A stretch of DNA of 64,000 nucleotides from Candidatus Aenigmatarchaeota archaeon (GTDB lineage Archaea; Aenigmatarchaeota; Aenigmatarchaeia; GW2011-AR5): assembly GCA_016193585.1 (NCBI GenBank), contig JACPRW010000003.1, forward strand, positions 129,649 through 193,648, read 5' to 3'. A program made the position numbers and the translations under genes. The notes under the pieces were generated by a model, which worked only from the letters and a program-made list of their open reading frames with translations, did no database searches and was not told the origin of the DNA. Shown piece after piece: positions 9,506 to 17,839 of the stretch (positions are counted from its first letter, which is position 1; each line of letters begins with the position of its first letter).

Positions 9506-9879
9506 GCTTGTTTCTTTTGCTCTTCGAATATAAATGCCCTGAAGTAAGCATTACTATGTCATCAAAGCATGGAAAGCGGAAATTTTCTGAATTCAGGAAA
9601 GATACTGAAATAGCACCCAAATCAATCGCGGCCATGAAAGGCATGCTCAGTGGAATGGAAACTAAACCCACAAAAATAGTAATCAAAGAAGTAAAAAGAG
9701 GGTGGAAGGATAAGCAGTCGTAGCCCGTGAAATGAGTTTTCTTCATATCCGAATATATACCGAAGGACGCAAATTATTGAATATATTACTAATGTCCTTC
9801 AGATATACCAAAGACATTATTAAGTTCAAATGTTAATGTCTTTGAGTATAAATGCTCCGTTTCCATAGTAATTGCTTGC

Positions 9880-9970
9880 AGCCCCGTAGTGTAGCGGCCA
9901 AAGGCATAAAGCCGGCTATGCATGAGAGCCTCTGGAGCTCTAGACGGCGGTTCGAATCCGCCCGGGGCTA
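9880..9970 (+). tRNA. tRNA gene, 91 nt, probably tRNA-Gln(CUG), with a roughly 16-17-nt insertion (intron) at a non-canonical position between the D-arm and the anticodon stem.
   Basis: Acceptor stem agccccg / cggggct, T-arm ggcgg-ttcgaat-ccgcc, anticodon arm agagc-cucugga-gcucu (anticodon CUG). The extra sequence is gcataaagccggctatgcatg. Confidence 0.55.
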
Positions 9971-10002
9971 CCTTTAAATATATAATTAAACATAAACATA
10001 AC

Positions 10003-10257
10003 ATGGGATTCAAGACTATTACGATAAAGGAAAGTGTCTACAGGGAGTTGTCCGGTTTAAAGGGAAAAAGTGAAAGTTTTAGCGAGTTCTTTGAAAAATT
10101 GGTCAAAGAAAAAAAGGGGAAGCCTGACCTAAGGAAATTTTACGGTTCATGGAAGATGGGCACAGGCGAATGGAGAAGAATAGGAAAAATAGTTAAAAAA
10201 AGAAGAACCGCTGCCGGCAAACGCTACAAGGAAAAATTACAGGGGCTGTTCGAATGA
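10003..10257 (+). CDS. vapB: VapB-like antitoxin (84 aa).
   Basis: Small basic protein directly upstream of a PIN toxin, overlapping it by 4 nt (ATGA). Lies in an AT-rich segment. Confidence 0.55.
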   Translation: MGFKTITIKESVYRELSGLKGKSESFSEFFEKLVKEKKGKPDLRKFYGSWKMGTGEWRRIGKIVKKRRTAAGKRYKEKLQGLFE

Positions 10258-10643
10258 AAATTCTTGATACGGATATCCTCGTAGGCGTGCTCAGAAAGAA
10301 CGATGAAGCAATAAAAAAATACGAACAAATACGGGACGTAGAAATAACTACAACCATTTTCAATGCACAAGAACTCCTGTTCGGCGCGCTTATTTCTGAC
10401 AACGCCTATGAAAATTTCAGGGCTGCAAAAGGCTTGGTCAACGAACTTGGGGCTTTAAAGTACGACGAAAAAAGCATGGTAGAATCGGTCAGGATTCAGG
10501 TATATCTTGAAAAGACCGGCAGGCACATAGGACTTGTGGATGAGATGACCGCAGGCATATGCCTTGCTCACAATGCACCCATAGTAACCAGAAATACCGT
10601 GCATTTCTCAAGAGTTTCCGGACTGAAGGTTGAGAAATGGTAG
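10254..10643 (+). CDS. vapC: PIN-domain ribonuclease toxin VapC.
   Basis: MKILDTDILV... N-terminus and conserved acidic residues of the PIN domain. Gene pair architecture. Confidence 0.8.
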   Translation: MKILDTDILVGVLRKNDEAIKKYEQIRDVEITTTIFNAQELLFGALISDNAYENFRAAKGLVNELGALKYDEKSMVESVRIQVYLEKTGRHIGLVDEMTAGICLAHNAPIVTRNTVHFSRVSGLKVEKW

Positions 10644-10691
10644 GATGGGTAAAGCTCTGGGCATGGTTCGGATACGGTTGGGCTATTAAAT

Positions 10692-11534
10692 ATGTACACA
10701 TCGGTGGAAAAAATGAGGAAAATAACCGTGGCCATGCTTATAGCAATCTTGATTGTTATTTCTGGTTGTATTAAGGAACCCAGTGGGCAAGAAATTGTCC
10801 AGAAAATCATTTTGGGAAAAAAGAATATTGTATCTTACGGATTTGACACTAACACAGCGTTCACCGTAAAGGTGAATACAACAGAAGAGAGCAGTGAGTT
10901 TCATAGAGAAGAAACCGGAATATTTACGCTTCACGCAGAAGGTTTCCTCGACGTAATGAATAACGAATCAGTCGCTAATGCTACTTACAACATGTACAAT
11001 GACGCCGGAAAACCCCCCATGAGATTTGTGAGATATGTGCGCAACGATACCGTATACGCAACATACGGGCATGGATGGTTCAGGGACAGTTATTTTGCAC
11101 CACGGATGAGTTATTTAGATACCATCTATGAAACCTTGGAAAGAACCAATGAAACGGAGATTTCATTGAACGAGACAGAAGGTCACTACATAATTACAAT
11201 GAAACTTGATACCGCTGCCAATGAGGATGTATACGCATATAACGTATTTTTTAACATTCTTTTCCTTCCTACGGCAGGTGTGTACCCATGGTATATAGAA
11301 AATCTAAGTGCAGCATTTGTGCAGGTATCGGTAGACAGACAAACATTCAGAATAGATGAATACCGAGTATACGCGTATGGTGTTTACTACAATCAAACAA
11401 TTGGTCGAGAAAGTGTAGAATATGTTGCAACTGGAAGAATTTATGATTATAACAAATCCATACAAATAGATGTGCCGCCAGAGGCGGAAGATGCCGAATG
11501 GTTTCCTGCAGGCGTAATAAGTGTAATTCTTTAG
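10692..11534 (+). CDS. Secreted/lipoprotein-like hypothetical protein with many N-glycosylation sequons.
   Basis: Signal peptide with a lipobox-like ISGC. Numerous N-x-S/T sites. Low-GC gene. Confidence 0.55.
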   Translation: MYTSVEKMRKITVAMLIAILIVISGCIKEPSGQEIVQKIILGKKNIVSYGFDTNTAFTVKVNTTEESSEFHREETGIFTLHAEGFLDVMNNESVANATYNMYNDAGKPPMRFVRYVRNDTVYATYGHGWFRDSYFAPRMSYLDTIYETLERTNETEISLNETEGHYIITMKLDTAANEDVYAYNVFFNILFLPTAGVYPWYIENLSAAFVQVSVDRQTFRIDEYRVYAYGVYYNQTIGRESVEYVATGRIYDYNKSIQIDVPPEAEDAEWFPAGVISVIL

Positions 11535-11573
11535 GTGTTATGTGTAAAGCTGTAGGTATCGGTTCGAATCAGG

Positions 11574-12362
11574 TTGGGGCTATCAGTACTACAAGGATTC
11601 GGAATGAAATTAATTTCACTAAATATATGGGGCGGGAAACTCTTTGAACCGCTCATTAATTTTGTAGATGGTTGCGCTCACGAGACAAATATCTTTTGCT
11701 TCCAGGAGATGCACCACGTAACAGCGCACGGAACTGTCAATAAAGGTACTACGTCTTTATTCTCAGAAATTTCTGGACACCTTTCCGGATTTCGAGGAAT
11801 TTTCGCCCCCACGAATAAGGTTGAATCTTCAGAAAAAGAAAGAGTTGAGACATGGAATGGGTTAGCTCTTTTTATTCGGAAACCAATTAAGGTAATTTCT
11901 CATGGCGACGTGGTCATTCATAAGCCAGCAGCGACTATTGAAGATCCAGAACACAAATCAATTCCAAGAAACTTGCAGTATGTTATATTCAAGAATGGTG
12001 GAAGGAAGTACCTGCTCTGCCACTTCCACGGTATTTGGTACCCTAAAACAAAAGTTGATACGCCAGAACGGATTGAACAATCTAAAAAAATTAGGAACTT
12101 TTTAGATTCATATCGGTGCAGAAAAATTCTGTGCGGGGATTTCAATCTTTTACCTAAGACAGGGAGCATAGAAATCCTGGAGACGGGGATGAGGAATATG
12201 GTCACTGATTTCAAAATAAAAACAACACGGAACATCCACTACACGAGAGAAGAAAAGCACGCCGATTACGTGTTAGTAACGCCGGATATAAAAGTCAAGG
12301 CGTTTAGCGTCTTGGACGACGTAGTTTCTGACCACCTCCCGTTATTTTTGGAGTTTGAATAA
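11574..12362 (+). CDS. Endonuclease/exonuclease/phosphatase (EEP) family protein.
   Basis: LNIWGG N-terminal motif and C-terminal SDHLP motif typical of the EEP family. Low-GC gene. Confidence 0.75.
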   Translation: MGLSVLQGFGMKLISLNIWGGKLFEPLINFVDGCAHETNIFCFQEMHHVTAHGTVNKGTTSLFSEISGHLSGFRGIFAPTNKVESSEKERVETWNGLALFIRKPIKVISHGDVVIHKPAATIEDPEHKSIPRNLQYVIFKNGGRKYLLCHFHGIWYPKTKVDTPERIEQSKKIRNFLDSYRCRKILCGDFNLLPKTGSIEILETGMRNMVTDFKIKTTRNIHYTREEKHADYVLVTPDIKVKAFSVLDDVVSDHLPLFLEFE

Positions 12363-12369
12363 TAATTGG

Positions 12370-15300
12370 CTAGGTGTACTCATCCCACGCCTTGATCTTC
12401 AGGTCGTCCATGCTCTTCTTCGCGAGCGCGTCGATGAAGAACCGGGATATCTGCATGTTGGTGAGCAGCGGGATGCCGAAGTCGGCGGCGCGCCGGCGTA
12501 TGAGGTACTCGTCGTCGAGCTGCTCGGGCGTGTATTCCGAAGGGATGTTGATGACCAAATCAACCTTCTTCTGCTCGATGAGGTCGAGCACGTTGAAGTT
12601 CCCTGCCTCGTGGATTTTTCCGACGACCGTGTTCTGTATGCCGTGCTTCTTCAGGAATTCGGACGTGTGCTCGGTGGCGAATATGCTGAAGCCGCGGTCG
12701 TGCAGGATCCGGATAGAATCGAGCAGCTTGTACCTGTTCTCCTCGCCGCCGATGCCGAGCAGGACCGAATTTTTTGGCATGACGAACCCTGCCGAGATGA
12801 TGGACTTCAGGAACGCCTCCTGCACGTCGTCGCCGAGGCAGGCGACCTCTCCTGTCGATGACATTTCCACCGTCAGTATCGGGTCGGCGCCCTTCAGCCG
12901 CGAGAATGAGAACTGCGGCGCTTTCACGCCGACGTGCCTGATGACGTAGTCCGCCGGTTCGGCGTCGGCGCCCACGATGGCCTTTGTCGCGAGCTCGACG
13001 AAATTGACGTTCGACACCTTCGATACGAACGGAAAGCTCCTCGAAGCGCGCAGGTTGCATTCGATGACCTTAATCTCGTTGTCTTTCGCGATAAACTGGA
13101 TGTTGAAGGGGCCCGTGATGCGGAGCGCGCGGGATATTTTTTCTGCAATCTCGCCTATCCTGTTCGCGGTTTCGAGGTACACGTTTTTCGGCGGGAAGAC
13201 GATTGTTGCGTCGCCCGAATGCACGCCGGCGTTCTCGATGTGCTCGGTTATCGCCCGCACCAGCAGCGTGCCGTCCTTGGCGACCGCGTCGATCTCAAGC
13301 TCTTTGGCGTTCGTGATGAATTTGCTGATGACCACCGGATGCTCCTTGCTCACTGCCGCCGCCTTCTCGACGTACCGCTCGAGCTCGTGCTCGGTGAACG
13401 CGACGCTCATCGCCGAGCCGCTCAGCACGTAGCTCGGCCGTATCAGAACTGGATAGCCGACGGCACCCGAGAATTTCTTCGCCTCCCCGATGTTCGTCAG
13501 CTCTTTCCATTGCGGCTGGTCGATGCCCAGGCTGTCGAGCAGCGACGCGAATTTGTGGCGGTCCTCGGCGCGGTCGATGCTTTCCGGTGCCGTGCCGAGG
13601 ACGCGCACGTTTGCCGTGAGGAACCGCAGCGACAGGTTGTTCGGTATCTGCCCGCCCATCGATATGATGACGCCGAGCGGCGATTCCTTCTCGTATATAT
13701 CGAGCACCCGCTCGAACGTGAGCTCGTCGAAGTACAGCTTGTCGCAGATGTCGTAGTCGGTGCTCACCGTTTCCGGATTGTAGTTTATCATGATGGTGTG
13801 GTAGCCGAGTTCCCTGAGCGTGAGTATCGTGTTCACCGCACACCAGTCGAACTCGACCGAGGAGCCGATTCTGTACGCGCCGCCGCCGAGAACGATTATC
13901 TTGTTGCTTCCGGTGAAATCTATGTCGTCCTCGGTCCCGTTGTACGTGAGGTACAGATAGTTCGTTTTTGCGGGGAATTCCGCCGCAAGCGTGTCTATCT
14001 GCTTCACCACAGGAACGATGCCGAGCCTTTTCCTATACGACCTCACCGCCATGACTTTTTCCTCCATATGCTGCCGGTCCTTGAACATGATTCGCGCAAG
14101 CTGGTAGTCAGAAAAGCCGAGTTGTTTTGCCCGCAACAGGACATCTCTCGGCACGTCCTCGATGCCGTATCGTGCCAGCATTTTTTCATGCTCGACGATG
14201 TTGTGCATCTTGTAGAGGAACCATCGGTCTATTTTTGTCATATCATGGAGTTCTTCTACAGAAATCCCGTGCTTCATCGCGTCAGCTATGGCGAAGATGC
14301 GCGTTTCCCTCGGCTCGTGCAGCTCCTCGCGGGCATCGCCGGCAGCGTATTCGGTGTCGTTTGCGACAATACCGTTCTTGCCGGTGCCGAGCATGCGCAG
14401 CGCTTTCTGAAGTGTTTCCTCGAATGTCCTGCCGATAGCCATGACTTCGCCGACGCTTTTCATCTCCGAGCCTATCCGTTTCTCGGCAAGGCGGAATTTC
14501 TTGAGGTCCCACCGGGGGACTTTGACGACTATGTAATCGAGCGCAGGCTCGAAGCACGCGGTCGTGACTTCGGTAATCGAATTTTTCAGCTCGGGAAGCG
14601 AGTAGCCCAGCGCCAGTTTCGCCGCAACGAACGCAAGGGGATATCCCGTCGCCTTGCTCGCCAGGGCGGACGAGCGCGAAAGCCTGGCGTTCACCTCGAT
14701 GACGCGGTAGTCGTCGGAATGGGGGTTCAGCGCGAACTGGATGTTGCATTCGCCGACAATGCCAATGTGGCGGATGACGCGGATGGAGATTTCCCTGAGC
14801 AGGTGATACTCGTTGTTGTTCAGCGTCTGGGAAGGGGCGACAACAATTGATTCGCCGGTGTGGATTCCCATCGGGTCGAAGTTCTCCATATTGCACACCG
14901 TGATGCAGTTGTCCTTGCGGTCGCGCACTACTTCATACTCGATTTCTTTCCACCCTTCGAGGTATTCCTCGACCAGTATTTGGCGTGTGTGCGACAGCGC
15001 GATGCGCGCCTTTTCTTCAAGCACTGTGCTGTCGGCGGCAAGCGCAGATCCCAGGCCGCCGAGAGAATAACCTGAGCGTATCATCACCGGATAGCCTATC
15101 GCTGCAGCCGCCTGCAGCGCATCTCCCGCTGTTGTCACGGCAGTGCTTCGCGGGGTTTTGACGCCGATTTCACGGAGTTTCCTGACGAATAAATCCCTGT
15201 CCTCGGTGTTTTTGATAGCTTCGACAGGGGTGCCGAGGACACGGACGCGATGACGGTCGAGAATGCCCGCTGCAGCGAGCGCGAGGCCGCAGTTGAGCGC

Positions 15301-15582
15301 CGTCTGCCCGCCGAAGCCGAGGAGGATGCCGTCAGGCTTTTCTTTTGCGATAACCTTCTCGACGAACGAAGGATTGACAGGAAGGAAATACACCTTGTCG
15401 GCGAGCTTGCGGTCGGTCTGGATGGTCGCTATGTTCGGGTTGACGAGCACCGTTTCTACGTTCTCCTCCTTGAGCGCCTTGATGGCCTGCGACCCTGAGT
15501 AGTCGAATTCGCCCGCCTCTCCTATCTTGATTGCCGCGCTTCCGAGGACGAGGACTTTGTGTACCCGTTCATCCCTTGGCAT
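12370..15582 (-). CDS. carB: Carbamoyl-phosphate synthase large subunit.
   Basis: Duplicated ATP-grasp architecture. The N-terminus MPRDERVHKVLVLGSAAIKIGEAGEFDYSGSQA fixes the start at 15582. The ORF-track N-terminal extension is spurious. Confidence 0.95.
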   Translation of the reverse strand: MPRDERVHKVLVLGSAAIKIGEAGEFDYSGSQAIKALKEENVETVLVNPNIATIQTDRKLADKVYFLPVNPSFVEKVIAKEKPDGILLGFGGQTALNCGLALAAAGILDRHRVRVLGTPVEAIKNTEDRDLFVRKLREIGVKTPRSTAVTTAGDALQAAAAIGYPVMIRSGYSLGGLGSALAADSTVLEEKARIALSHTRQILVEEYLEGWKEIEYEVVRDRKDNCITVCNMENFDPMGIHTGESIVVAPSQTLNNNEYHLLREISIRVIRHIGIVGECNIQFALNPHSDDYRVIEVNARLSRSSALASKATGYPLAFVAAKLALGYSLPELKNSITEVTTACFEPALDYIVVKVPRWDLKKFRLAEKRIGSEMKSVGEVMAIGRTFEETLQKALRMLGTGKNGIVANDTEYAAGDAREELHEPRETRIFAIADAMKHGISVEELHDMTKIDRWFLYKMHNIVEHEKMLARYGIEDVPRDVLLRAKQLGFSDYQLARIMFKDRQHMEEKVMAVRSYRKRLGIVPVVKQIDTLAAEFPAKTNYLYLTYNGTEDDIDFTGSNKIIVLGGGAYRIGSSVEFDWCAVNTILTLRELGYHTIMINYNPETVSTDYDICDKLYFDELTFERVLDIYEKESPLGVIISMGGQIPNNLSLRFLTANVRVLGTAPESIDRAEDRHKFASLLDSLGIDQPQWKELTNIGEAKKFSGAVGYPVLIRPSYVLSGSAMSVAFTEHELERYVEKAAAVSKEHPVVISKFITNAKELEIDAVAKDGTLLVRAITEHIENAGVHSGDATIVFPPKNVYLETANRIGEIAEKISRALRITGPFNIQFIAKDNEIKVIECNLRASRSFPFVSKVSNVNFVELATKAIVGADAEPADYVIRHVGVKAPQFSFSRLKGADPILTVEMSSTGEVACLGDDVQEAFLKSIISAGFVMPKNSVLLGIGGEENRYKLLDSIRILHDRGFSIFATEHTSEFLKKHGIQNTVVGKIHEAGNFNVLDLIEQKKVDLVINIPSEYTPEQLDDEYLIRRRAADFGIPLLTNMQISRFFIDALAKKSMDDLKIKAWDEYT

Positions 15583-16642
15583 GCTTGACCATCTCCAGGA
15601 ACGTGTCGAACAGGAAGGCGGTGTCCACGGGACCGGGCGTTCCTTCTGGGTGGAACTGCGCGGACATGAACGGCTTGGTGCTGTGGCGCAGCCCTTCGTT
15701 GGTGCCGTCATTGGCGTTGACGAACAGCTCTTCCCAATCGCTCCCGAGACTCTTCGCGTTGACGGCGAAGCCGTGGTTCTGGGATGTGATGTAGCATCGT
15801 TCTCCTGATATACAGGGCTGGTTCTGCCCGCGATGGCCGTACTTGAGCTTGTACGTATCGCCGCCAGCAGCCAGTGCCATTAATTGGTTGCCGAGGCAGA
15901 TGCCGAAGATGGGCGTGCCGCCTTCCATGGCTTGTGCGATGGTGTGTATGGCCGTGGTGCACATTTTCGGGTCTCCGGGGCCGTTCGATATGACGATGCC
16001 GTCGTATTCATCGCCGAGGAAATGGTAATCCCATGGGACGCGTACCACGGTTACGTGGCGCTGTATAAGCGACCGGATTATGTTGTTCTTGACGCCGCAG
16101 TCGAGAAGAAGGATGCGCGCCGCAGCGCCTTCGTTGTAGACAATCTTCTTTTTTGTCGAAACTTCGGCGACAAGGTTCCGCTTGTTAGGGTCCTCGATGG
16201 CAACGTCGTCGCCGATGACAATCTTGCCCAGCATGACGCCGTGTTCCCGCAGTTTCTTGGTGAGGGCGCGCGTGTCGATGCCATGGATGCCCGGCACCTT
16301 GTGCGCCGCAAGCCATTCGTCCAGAGACCGCGACGAATTCCAGTGGTTGTGGAACTGCGTCAGCGAGCTGATGACCAGTCCGCTGATGTGGATGTTGTCC
16401 GACTCGAAGTGTTTCTCCAGCCCGTTATCCATGATGTCTGGCGGAACGCCGTAATTGCCGATGAGCGGATACGTGAGCGCCAGTATCTGGCCCCTGTAGG
16501 AGGGGTCGGTGAACGATTCCGGGTAGCCGACCATGCCGGTGTTGAAGACTACTTCCCCGGAAACGCTTTGGGCGTAGCCAAATGCCTTGCCCGAGAAAGT
16601 GGTGCCGTCTTCGAGAATGAGCTGAGCATTTTTGAAGTCCAA
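15569..16642 (-). CDS. carA: Carbamoyl-phosphate synthase small subunit (glutamine amidotransferase).
   Basis: Class-I GATase catalytic region (GICLGNQ). Overlaps carB by 14 nt. Confidence 0.95.
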   Translation of the reverse strand: MDFKNAQLILEDGTTFSGKAFGYAQSVSGEVVFNTGMVGYPESFTDPSYRGQILALTYPLIGNYGVPPDIMDNGLEKHFESDNIHISGLVISSLTQFHNHWNSSRSLDEWLAAHKVPGIHGIDTRALTKKLREHGVMLGKIVIGDDVAIEDPNKRNLVAEVSTKKKIVYNEGAAARILLLDCGVKNNIIRSLIQRHVTVVRVPWDYHFLGDEYDGIVISNGPGDPKMCTTAIHTIAQAMEGGTPIFGICLGNQLMALAAGGDTYKLKYGHRGQNQPCISGERCYITSQNHGFAVNAKSLGSDWEELFVNANDGTNEGLRHSTKPFMSAQFHPEGTPGPVDTAFLFDTFLEMVKHAKG

Positions 16643-16702
16643 TGCAACCCTCTAGTGGTATACCAAGATAAATATTAAAGCGTTGTCATTTGTAAGAAGA
16701 AC

Positions 16703-17152
16703 GTGAGGAAACAAACGCAGCAGAAGCTCATGGTCATTTTTATCATACTCACCTTTGCCCTTTCGTCAATCGCGTTCTTCGTGACAGGCTTCACCGGCGC
16801 CGCCACGCAGCAGGAGGAATTCAAGCCGCTCGACAGCTACGTCGTCGAAGGCCAGCTGGACGGAGCGGCAGAGGACGTGTACATGCGCAACGGGTTCACC
16901 ATCGTCAGGTATTACTATAGCGGCAGCCCGGAGCCGTACATCGACCAGTTGCCGCAGTCCTTCCAGACGAATTTCGGCAGGGTCCAGCTCATCGTCGAGA
17001 AGATGGGGGGATCTGAAAACAAGGTCGAGATACTCAATACGAACGGCTACGAGTCGCTCGCCGACGTTTCCCGCCAGGCGCTGAGCGCGAAGCTCTGCGA
17101 GCTCCTCCTGTTCACCCCGCTCGAGTGCAGCTTCGCGAATTTGACTAAGTAG
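16703..17152 (+). CDS. Hypothetical protein anchored by an N-terminal transmembrane helix.
   Basis: ORF plus an N-terminal hydrophobic segment. Confidence 0.45.
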   Translation: MRKQTQQKLMVIFIILTFALSSIAFFVTGFTGAATQQEEFKPLDSYVVEGQLDGAAEDVYMRNGFTIVRYYYSGSPEPYIDQLPQSFQTNFGRVQLIVEKMGGSENKVEILNTNGYESLADVSRQALSAKLCELLLFTPLECSFANLTK

Positions 17153-17153
17153 C

Positions 17154-17665
17154 TTATTCTGTAATGTACATCAACAAAAGCGTAGATGCAGCAATTATCG
17201 CGGCAATGGCATAGAACATAAATTTGAATCCAATCTCAGCTACAATGAAGCCACCAAACATCAGGGCAAAAGCCACCATAATACCGATGATAGCATTATA
17301 CGTCCCTATGTCAGTTCCGCGTGTCTTCTTTTTCGTTACATCAGCGAGAAAGGCTGTTGTCATTGTTTGCTGTATCGCTTCTGTCATTCCATTGATAATC
17401 TGAAGAATATACAGTTCCATGAGCGATGTTATGAACGTATAGGCAACCACGACTCCACTCAGAATAAAGCCGGCTGCCAGCAAAAAACCTTCCTTCCGAT
17501 CCTGTCAGAATGTTTGCCCACGACGTATGCCGTAACTGCCTGTCCAAGAGCCAACAATCCAACAGAAAAGCCGAATTGCTCGATACTCCCACCAAAATCG
17601 TTAACAAAGAGAATCCAGAAAGGAAAGAACAAGCCCGCAGCAAGCGCAAACATCGAATTTGCCAA
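17154..17665 (-). pseudogene. Remnant of an MFS transporter gene: two short fragments in different frames (17459-17665 with the MFS motif G-x-x-SDRIGRK, and 17154-17483 with C-terminal TM helices).
   Basis: MFS signature in the 68-aa fragment. The combined length is about 175 aa, against roughly 400 aa for an intact MFS transporter. There is a frame change near 17470. Confidence 0.5.
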
Positions 17666-17702
17666 TAAAAGTATTTTGTAGTTTCCGGTGGTTCTTATAG
17701 TA

Positions 17703-17838
17703 TCATACGTTCCCCTTCAGCTGCCTTTTCATCGCTTCGACTTCCTCTCTGAACCGGCGCAATGTCCGTGGCACGTCTGCCGCGTCCACCTTGAGCATCC
17801 TGCTCATTTCCCTGATGACCTTCTTTTCGTTTGTCATG
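17703..17838 (-). CDS. Possible small protein (45 aa) translationally coupled to the alaS stop codon.
   Basis: An ATG overlaps the alaS stop. Too short to be in the ORF track. No known family. Confidence 0.25.
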
Positions 17839-17839
17839 G

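Noticed and set aside
9922-10002. N-terminal extension of the vapB ORF-track call
   Set aside because: It overlaps the tRNA gene at 9880-9970. The start was moved to the ATG at 10003.
12934-14850. 638-aa ORF on the + strand (and others such as 12374-12949 and 12560-13060)
   Set aside because: Antisense or in an alternative frame within carB, which has unambiguous homology on the - strand.
15583-15711. 43-codon N-terminal extension of carB in the ORF track
   Set aside because: It overlaps carA out of frame. The conserved CarB N-terminus begins at MPRDERVHKVLVLG.
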